Positions 55,358 to 63,400 of a stretch of DNA of 64,000 bases are shown piece by piece. Below the pieces are notes generated by a model, which did not search any database, was not told where the DNA came from, and was given only the letters and a program-made list of their open reading frames with translations. The stretch lies in IMG/VR virus record IMGVR_UViG_3300016476_001289; one strand, given 5' to 3'. Both the position numbers and the translations under genes were made by a program. Numbering within the stretch: the stretch's first letter is position 1; the number at the start of each line of letters is the position of its first letter. The stretch comes from a virus.

Positions 55358-56509
55358 ATGTTGAAAATATCTAAATCTACTCTAAATGAATTTTGGAAAT
55401 CCGTTGAGAATGAAACCGTTATAAACCCTGAAACTAAGAATAAGGTGAAACTCAAGTCTTTAAGACCTGAGAAATTTGATAGTCACAAACAAATTTTAAA
55501 ACAATATTGGGATCAATGGGAGAAATCTAATAAGTCAGAGACTGAGAAAAAACCTAAAAAGAAAAAGATAGACTTAAAAGACATCAAAGCTGACTATAAA
55601 AATGTACTCTCTAATGAAGAAGCCGAAGAGTCTTTTAAAAATCCTGAAGTATATAAAAAGAACTATATGGCTAAGACACCACAAGGTAGTCAATTACTAG
55701 GTACTAAACACTTAGATGATGATTCTAAAGAATGGATAGAGAAGAGTCTATTACCTAATGTTAAAGACTTTATAGAACAAGCTAAAAAAGATGGTAAAGA
55801 AATTGTTTTCTTAGGTGAAGGTGGGGGTGGTGATGGTGAGAATTATCCAGAAGGCACTGAGCAAGAACTTGTAGGGAATCTAATATTAGAAGCTGGAGGT
55901 AAAGCAGATACTTGGGATGGTAAAGATAACCAATTAGGTGATTATAACTCAGCGGTTTCTAAAGCTATGAAAAAAGATTTAGGCGCTACTGAAGGACAAA
56001 GAATGACTTTACAATTTGCTTTAAATGTAGGTCATGGGAATAACATTAAAGACGAGATGGAATGGTTTAATGAATTACCTAAAGAGATGCAAGAAGAAGG
56101 TGAGAAATTTTTAAGGGATAATGGATATGATGGTAAGTTCCCACCTAAAGGTAAAAAAGATGCTCAAAAATTATATGACTTAACTTTTCCTAGAGATAAC
56201 AATAAACCTGAACAGAAGATATCTCAACTTATGGATTATGCTAATGACTTTAGGGGTAAGACTATGATTAAGAAAATTAAAGAATATGAAGATCAAGGTA
56301 AAAGAGTTTTAGTTACCCCTGGTGCTTCCCATGTATATGCTTTAAGAGATAATTTTAAGAGTCCTTCACCTACAAATAAATCACCTATAAAATCACCACC
56401 TAAGAAACCTATAAATAAGAAAGCTCACCTTATAAGTTATGCTATTAAGGTGGCATATAAGAATATAGAACTTAGATCTAAGATTCTCTCTCTCTTAAAG
56501 AGACTATAA
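55358..56509 (+). CDS. tag-bearing protein with a possible TraB/TIKI/EreA-ChaN-like domain
   Basis: AAGGAG SD before ATG 55358; VFLGE...FRGKTMIKKI...VLVTPGASHV; tail AIKVAYKN. Confidence 0.7.
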   Translation: MLKISKSTLNEFWKSVENETVINPETKNKVKLKSLRPEKFDSHKQILKQYWDQWEKSNKSETEKKPKKKKIDLKDIKADYKNVLSNEEAEESFKNPEVYKKNYMAKTPQGSQLLGTKHLDDDSKEWIEKSLLPNVKDFIEQAKKDGKEIVFLGEGGGGDGENYPEGTEQELVGNLILEAGGKADTWDGKDNQLGDYNSAVSKAMKKDLGATEGQRMTLQFALNVGHGNNIKDEMEWFNELPKEMQEEGEKFLRDNGYDGKFPPKGKKDAQKLYDLTFPRDNNKPEQKISQLMDYANDFRGKTMIKKIKEYEDQGKRVLVTPGASHVYALRDNFKSPSPTNKSPIKSPPKKPINKKAHLISYAIKVAYKNIELRSKILSLLKRL

Positions 56510-56680
56510 CTCTATTATAGTCTATATAACATATTATATATTATATAAGAACATAACTCTATTATAGACTATAGTCCATTATAGTCAGTATTATATAATG
56601 TTTTCTAGAAAAACATAATTCTATTATAGTCAGTACTATATTTTTATATAAGACAGTATTTGATTATGACTGACATAATA
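56506..56680. repeat. AT-rich non-coding cluster of direct and inverted repeats (candidate origin)
   Basis: ATAAYTCTATTATAG at 56506, 56553 and 56615; ATTATAGTCAGTA at 56578 and 56623; palindrome GACTATAGTC at 56567-76. Confidence 0.65.
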
Positions 56681-56767
56681 TAGATACCCTATAAAAACTA
56701 GGTTGTCAAGTTTATTTTTATCCTTTATAAAATCACCTTATATATCATATACTTTAGGAGATTAAAT

Positions 56768-58129
56768 ATGACTGCAGGTTGGGAACTATCTAGATCACCT
56801 TATCCACTTCCACCTAAAAACACTTCAGCTTTATCACCCTTTATCAAAGGTGTTATAGACTTAAGGTGGGAAAGTCCTTCTTTTATACACGATAATGAAG
56901 GGTGGGTTCTTCGTGGGGTGAATATTTATAGATCTAATACCTCAGATAGAGGCCCCTATAAAAGAATAAACCAAACACCCATAGGTGGTGAATATTATAG
57001 AGATGTTAGCCTCACCGAAATGCAATATGATGAAGTTATCACCCATTGGATATCTAGATACCAAGAAAATGGTACTTATACATTCCAAACTAAATACCCC
57101 ATTGCTCGTATAGGTAGTGCTATCGAACCTACAAGTTCAGGTCGTGATGTTATTGTTAAAGTAGATGGTCGTATTACACCTGTAGCTTATATAGTAGGTC
57201 AAACAGGTGAAGTCACCCTTAGCCAAAGCTATAAACTAGACCCTATAAATAGCACCACCACACCCGATCTTATTATAAATGAGAATAGTGTCGTCACCAT
57301 TACCTATCTTGCTTATAGTCATTCAGATAGATTAGGCTACTTCCTAGATAAAAATACCTATTACAGAATAACAACAGTGGCAGAAGACCCTATATCTGGT
57401 AATTTACAAGAAACACCTATAAACTATGCTGTGCCTTTTAGTGATATAGAAATAGAAAAAATGGATTGGATGTGGCGAGAAGGTGTAAGAAGAAACCAAT
57501 GGGCTTTAGAACAAGGTGGTGAAAGAGTTAGATTATTCTTAAAAAAGATTGTAGGTATCCCTTGTGCTTGTAGAGACTTTAATAGAAGAACTCTTATATA
57601 TGCTAAACAACCTGATTCTAGGTGTATTATTTGTTTTGGCACAGGTATAGAAGGTGGTTATGATGGCCCCTATGATATAATTATAGCACCTGATGATGCA
57701 GAAAGACGAATTAGTCAATCTGTTCAAGGTCGTAGAAAAGAACACTCTTATGAAACCTATATTGGCCCAAGTCCTATTGTTCAACAAAGGGATTTTCTAG
57801 TTAAACAAAATAATGACAGATATAGTATAGGTCCTGTAAGAAGACCTAATGCTAGAGGTAATGTTTTACAACAACACTTTAACTTAGGTTATCTTGATAT
57901 AACAGATATAAGGTATCAAGTTCCTATGGATGGTGTACCTATAACATGGCAAAAGACTAAATACACATATCAACCTATTAGAGATACTTATAATCCTAGA
58001 GGTGATGCTCCATATCAAACAGAACCAGATTCAGCTATTCCTATGGAAACTAATAGACCAGATATATCTAAGAATCATCAACTTAGAGGTAGAACAGCTG
58101 TATGGGAAAACCATAATAGTGGAGGTTAA
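56768..58129 (+). CDS. putative neck/head-completion protein
   Basis: FN3-like N-terminus (LRWE...GVNIYRS) and C.C...C..CFGTG..GGY module; first gene of the neck-terminator-sheath run. Confidence 0.55.
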   Translation: MTAGWELSRSPYPLPPKNTSALSPFIKGVIDLRWESPSFIHDNEGWVLRGVNIYRSNTSDRGPYKRINQTPIGGEYYRDVSLTEMQYDEVITHWISRYQENGTYTFQTKYPIARIGSAIEPTSSGRDVIVKVDGRITPVAYIVGQTGEVTLSQSYKLDPINSTTTPDLIINENSVVTITYLAYSHSDRLGYFLDKNTYYRITTVAEDPISGNLQETPINYAVPFSDIEIEKMDWMWREGVRRNQWALEQGGERVRLFLKKIVGIPCACRDFNRRTLIYAKQPDSRCIICFGTGIEGGYDGPYDIIIAPDDAERRISQSVQGRRKEHSYETYIGPSPIVQQRDFLVKQNNDRYSIGPVRRPNARGNVLQQHFNLGYLDITDIRYQVPMDGVPITWQKTKYTYQPIRDTYNPRGDAPYQTEPDSAIPMETNRPDISKNHQLRGRTAVWENHNSGG

Positions 58130-58131
58130 TC

Positions 58132-58686
58132 ATGGCTATAAATATACAACCTGATATGACAGGATCTAGTTTTAGTCCTAAAAACAAGAAATTTGTACTT
58201 AGGACTAAAGGTATGAGTCAAAGAGCTTTAGAGAGAGGCATAGATAAGACTCAATTACTTAGTTATATCGATGTATTTGGTGAAGAGATAATAGATGGTA
58301 TAGAATACCATGCTAGAGAAGCATCAAGAAAATTTGATGCTGTTCCTAGAGATGAGAGATTTTTTAAATCTTTCTATTATGAGATTGAAGGTGAAGGTAT
58401 TGCCATATATAGTAAATGGGAATGGATAACTAAGTATTTAAACAACCATGAACCTGAGAGAATGGATTGGTTAACAAAACAAGGGAATAGTACATTATCG
58501 GTAATCCCTTTAAAAGATAGTAAGGGGCAGATGATATTTAGGACAGTTCCATTGATGAAAAATGATGCTTGGGTGCATCCTGCAATAAAAAAATGGACAT
58601 GGATAGAAAAAGGGGTTGCAAGAGGAATAAATAAAGCTATAAATAGAGTATTGCAACTAATAATGATGAAGGAGAATTTACCTTGA
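58132..58686 (+). CDS. putative neck protein
   Basis: FRTVP...WVHPAI..WTWIEKG tail; position in the neck operon. Confidence 0.5.
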   Translation: MAINIQPDMTGSSFSPKNKKFVLRTKGMSQRALERGIDKTQLLSYIDVFGEEIIDGIEYHAREASRKFDAVPRDERFFKSFYYEIEGEGIAIYSKWEWITKYLNNHEPERMDWLTKQGNSTLSVIPLKDSKGQMIFRTVPLMKNDAWVHPAIKKWTWIEKGVARGINKAINRVLQLIMMKENLP

Positions 58687-58865
58687 ATACAGACAAATTT
58701 ATAGATGACATTATAAAAGAGATTTTAGAATATTCATCATCTCAAGACACCCCTAATTTTGTATATACTGTAAAAGTACAAGATAAAGAAGGAAATGAGA
58801 AATCCTTAAATGGTTTATATTATATGGATATAGAGAATAATACACTTATCCTTAAAGAAAAATAA
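58683..58865 (+). CDS. small hypothetical protein
   Basis: 60 aa, TTG start preceded by AAGGAG. Confidence 0.55.
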   Translation: MNTDKFIDDIIKEILEYSSSQDTPNFVYTVKVQDKEGNEKSLNGLYYMDIENNTLILKEK

Positions 58866-58868
58866 GCT

Positions 58869-59972
58869 ATGTACCATAATCTGACACTTCAAGTAAGAAG
58901 TCTTATAATCGAAGAATTAAAAGCACACTGGGCAGATCACCCTAGATACCCTGAAATGTCCCATAACATACAAGGTAAATATAGTTTTGAACAAAGACCA
59001 TTATTTGGAATGGTTGTTAAAACAAGTGGTATGAGTAATGTTCCTTTAAATGCTCAAAACTATATAGGTGAAGTTCAAGGTTATTGTCTTGTTGCTCAAA
59101 CAGGTGGAAGTAATAAAACATCTTCTATTGAATGGGTTAGAGAACACCCTTTGCCTAGTAGACAAGGTGAAGAAGGTATTTATATATTAGATATAACTGA
59201 AACAAACCCTACGGCTAGAACATTTATTGTTAATATGGTTCAATATAAGAAGAGAAAAGAGACATCACTTGTTTTTACTTCTCCTACAACGATTGAACTA
59301 TTAGGTACACCTGTAGAGAATACTGTTAAAATCATAGAATATCCATCTCGTATGAGTTTTACGGATTATACTATAACTGGTGAAACTATAACTTTAAATG
59401 AGCCTTTACCTAAAGGGATAACAATAGAGATAAATTATGTGGAATACATAACGGATTTTGAGCCTTATGAAGTAAGACCCGATTATACATATAGTGAATT
59501 GATACCAGGTGTCTTAATACATTTTGGTAGGAATTTAAATGATGGCGACCAACAAGCGGTAATTGTATATGAAGAGAGAAAACCGGTATATAAAGAATAT
59601 GGTGGTCGTTTTGATGTTTCAGTAGATATAGATATTATAGCTCGTGATGTACATTCACAAGCTGATATATCAGATCACATGATGGTATGGATATGGGGTG
59701 TATTAAGAGATAAATTAACATCATGGGGATTACATATGAATGAAGTGAGTTATGGTGGAGAATCAGAAGAAGCCTATGATGAAAATGGGGATGATTATTT
59801 TTATAATTCGAGTGTGAGTTTTACACTACAAACAGATTGGTTTATTCATGTGCCAATTATAGAAACCTTTAAGACAATAAAGAGTATCAATTTAATACCT
59901 GTGGAAGTGTTGCCTACGACAGATCCTTTATTAACAGTGGGAAATGATTATTTGAAGCAAAGAATAAGATAA
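58869..59972 (+). CDS. putative tail terminator/completion protein
   Basis: DIDIIARD...QADISD...YNSSVSFTLQTDW is typical of terminators; lies upstream of the sheath. Confidence 0.6.
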   Translation: MYHNLTLQVRSLIIEELKAHWADHPRYPEMSHNIQGKYSFEQRPLFGMVVKTSGMSNVPLNAQNYIGEVQGYCLVAQTGGSNKTSSIEWVREHPLPSRQGEEGIYILDITETNPTARTFIVNMVQYKKRKETSLVFTSPTTIELLGTPVENTVKIIEYPSRMSFTDYTITGETITLNEPLPKGITIEINYVEYITDFEPYEVRPDYTYSELIPGVLIHFGRNLNDGDQQAVIVYEERKPVYKEYGGRFDVSVDIDIIARDVHSQADISDHMMVWIWGVLRDKLTSWGLHMNEVSYGGESEEAYDENGDDYFYNSSVSFTLQTDWFIHVPIIETFKTIKSINLIPVEVLPTTDPLLTVGNDYLKQRIR

Positions 59973-60003
59973 TTTATTTATTTACTCTATATAAGTAAAT
60001 AAG
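59970..60003 (+). promoter_or_regulatory. late-motif variant plus 9-10-bp hairpin touching the SD
   Basis: TTATTTACT-CTATATA-AGTAAATAA(G); TATATA in the loop. Confidence 0.45.
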
Positions 60004-60012
60004 GAGTCTTAA

Positions 60013-60441
60013 ATGCCTATTGTTAAATTCCAATGTCATAATTGTGGTCTTCGTTTTTCTAAGAGAGTGAATCTTGGAATGAATGATACTACTTGTCAAA
60101 GTTGTAATAAAACAGCGTTGTCTTTAGAAGCTAAAGTGTCTATTGGATATGACGCTAATATAGACGGTGTAGTTCGTCCCCAATCTTCAGGTATCGAGTC
60201 TTTAGATACTGATATAGAAAGAGTAGTAGCTAAAGACTCAGCTGATAAATGGAAACTCATTTCTCAACGAAGAAATGATAAACTAGACATTATAAATGAG
60301 ACAAATGAACATGGTAGACACATAATAGTAGCACCTGATGGTGAATACTTTATGAGTAGACCTGATAGTGTTAATTTAAAGACCATTAAAAATGATGCTC
60401 GTACACATATGGGAATAGATTTTAAACAAGAAACAACTTAA
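60013..60441 (+). CDS. zinc-ribbon protein (FmdB-like)
   Basis: MPIVKFQCHNCG.RF...CQSC. Confidence 0.75.
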   Translation: MPIVKFQCHNCGLRFSKRVNLGMNDTTCQSCNKTALSLEAKVSIGYDANIDGVVRPQSSGIESLDTDIERVVAKDSADKWKLISQRRNDKLDIINETNEHGRHIIVAPDGEYFMSRPDSVNLKTIKNDARTHMGIDFKQETT

Positions 60442-60456
60442 TTAAGGAGTTATATT

Positions 60457-63400
60457 ATGGCTATTAGAGGCGGTTATGCACCACCAGGTGTCTATACAGA
60501 AAGTATATTTCAAACCACTAATCCTACTACTGTAGTATCAGGTAGAGTTCCTCTACTTATTGGTACTGGTAAAGAAGTGGTTAATACAATTTCTTCAACT
60601 ATCGTTAGAGGTTCTTCTTCTACTATTGATCAACAATCTGTTGATGAAAATATGTCAGGTCGTGGTGTTTTAAGCTACGATCCTAGTGGAAATCCTATTA
60701 TTGGTGAATTTGATGGTAATACCACACAAGTTCAAGTTCAACATTTCCCTATCGTAGATGGTACAGGGACAGGTGTTCTTGCTACTAATGGTAATAGTAT
60801 CCTTGCTACCGTTAATGGCACTGTTACTGTTGTTATTGGAGTTAATTCTTCTAAAGGTGTTATTACACTTGCTCAAACCCTCCAACCCACTGATGTTGTT
60901 CTTGTTAGCTATTACTTCAAAAGAACAGATACCCTAGTTGAAGAAGAAAATGTTTCTAGCCAAGTTACAACAGATAGTGCTGAATTACTCGGTTCTCAAG
61001 GTACTTTCGCTTTCAATAATGCCACCACTAGCTTTATTGTCACCGTAGATGGTACTAAATACACTATCGCTACACCTACTGTTACCACTACTAGAGCAGA
61101 TGATCTTGCAACTATGGTTGCCCTTATCAATGCTGGCAGTGCTGGTTCTCTCGTAGCTGATACTTACACAGATAATAACAATGAAGACCAAATCATTCTT
61201 ACTGCTGATGTTTCTATTAAAATAGGTAATGGTAGTGCTAATTCTGTTCTTGGTTTTACTGTTGATCAAAGTACTACTCGTAATGTAAACTTCTATACCA
61301 ACTTCTTCCCCATCGTTGATGGTTCTAATGGCGGTATTCCTACTACTGATGTAACAGATATTACTGTTACTGTAGATGGTACAGAAGTTGTCCCCACGGC
61401 TGTTGATGGCGTTAATGGTTATTTTACATTATCTAACCCACCCGCTACAGGTGCTGAAGTTTTAGTCACCTACTATTACAATAGCTTTAGAAACCAATTC
61501 GATTACTTACCAGGTTCAGGTATTACAAGTGTAGATAGTGTTTCTCTTGTTGCTGATGGATCAGGCGGTGCTTCTTCTAATTATATCGAAGGTATCGATT
61601 GGGTATTAAAAGATGATAAGATTTATTGGGGGACTGTTGCTGTTGTTTCTGAAGGTACTACTGCTGATGGCACTATCCCTTTCAACCAAAGTCAAGTTAC
61701 TGCTAACCTTAAAGATGAAAAAGTATATCTCGCTGAATGTACTAGAGTTGTAGATACTTCTGTAGTTCCAGCTCGTTCTTTACCTAGCACCTTTAAATTA
61801 CCTTACCAACCTGTTGATGGTACTGGTACAGGAACTCCTACTTCAAGAACTGACCTTGTTCAAGTTAAAGTAGGTTGGAATATTTCTGATGCCCTAGAGA
61901 AAGCTAATGCTACTGTTGTTAGAGTTAATCCTAATGATTCTACTATAACACTCTCTTCTGTTGTTGAAGAAGGTCAACAAGTATTTGCTACTTTCTACCA
62001 TAGCAACTTAACAGATCAAACTGTTGATGGTAATAACCAATATGTAATTACAAACACCCTAGCTGGTGCTAGTAATGTAGGTAAATACACCGTTTCTGTT
62101 AAAGGTGCTACTAAATATGGTGTTTCTTTAGGTCAAAAAGGTGCTTCTCTTGATGGTATCGACCTTGTATTTCCTTCAGGTAGTGAATTATACCCAGATG
62201 CTCATTTAATTGGTGGAGCACCCGTTAATGAAACTGTTACCGTGACATTCGCGGAGTCTGATTCTAATAGTGCTTTATATGTATCTCCTGGTGCTGAACC
62301 TTACTTCCCTATCGCTACTAAGAGTGATGAAATTGCATTAAAGGTAGATGATACTGCTCTTGTAGGTAATGTAAGTTTATCTAATTGTACTACTGCTGTG
62401 GGTGCTACAGGTGGTCTTGCTCAACTCGTAAGTCAACATCTTGTTTACACTAATGACAGCAATAATACTACTTTAGATTTTACAAGTGGCAATAATGGGT
62501 TAAATCTAAAAATTGACAACCAAGAAATGAATGTAAATTTCACAGTTGCCAATAACAAAGATGTCACTGATATTGTAGCTGCTTTAAATTCTTGGTCTTT
62601 AGATACAAATACTTTAGCAGCACCTAAATATATCGCCATGACTAAAATGAGTGGTGGTATGGCTATTGTTGTTAATTCCTATGATACCTTATCATTCCAA
62701 TATGTAGGTGATGTTAATGGTGCAACAGGTGCTCTTAGTATTACTATTCCTCCAGCAGCATATGCTACTGCTTCTGCTCTTGCTAGTGCTATTAAGACTA
62801 GAATTGATAATGCTATTGCTGCTTTTGTAGGTGGTAATGCTGATTTTACTGGTTTAGAACTTAATGTTTCCGAAACTTCAGGTCATCTAGTGTTTACCCT
62901 CTTAACATTACCTAATGTTGGTGATGGTGGTACTGATGATAATTATGGGTATCTCGAATTTATTAGTCAAGGTGTAGCTACTGATGATTTTGCTACCATC
63001 GCAGGTATTGATACAGATACCATTGATGGTACTCAAACTAAATTTGGTTTCTTACCTATCGCTTCTTATAGTAGTGCCACACTGAACTCAGGTGCTCTAG
63101 TAGATCACTTAATCCTAAGAAATAGATTAATCCCAGGTAATAGCTATTATCTACCCACAGGTGAAATTGGTGTTCGTGTTATTAGTGGTACTGCTATGGC
63201 TAATCTTGGTCTTGAACCAAGTTTCAGTCCTGCCTTATATCAAGGTGCTGTTCTTGAAGCCCCAAGTATCAAATTGACTATCGGTTGGTCTGAAGGTCAA
63301 GAAGTTGGGGAATCTCAAGCAGCTATTACTTTCTATGATGGTTCTAACACAAGTCTTTCTGCTGCTAACAATGTATTTATCATTGATGTTAGTGGTACTA

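Noticed and set aside
56506-56680. Repeat cluster as a mini-CRISPR or ncRNA
   Set aside because: Repeats are 13-17 bp, irregularly spaced and partly inverted; no repeat-spacer periodicity or recognisable RNA fold.
56680-56709. Leftward sigma70 promoter from a perfect TTGACA (56704-56709, minus)
   Set aside because: The hexamer 17 bp downstream is TATCTA, a poor -10, and there is no downstream ORF.
253-62639. Many antisense and alternate-frame ORFs in the track (e.g. 253..870, 1538..1807, 10047..10391, 13429..13737, 31548..31811, 34267..34704, 45163..45555, 48070..48369, 60670..62639)
   Set aside because: They lie inside longer, motif-bearing genes, lack SD sites and have the Phe/Ser/Leu-rich composition expected of shadows of Lys/Glu-rich genes.
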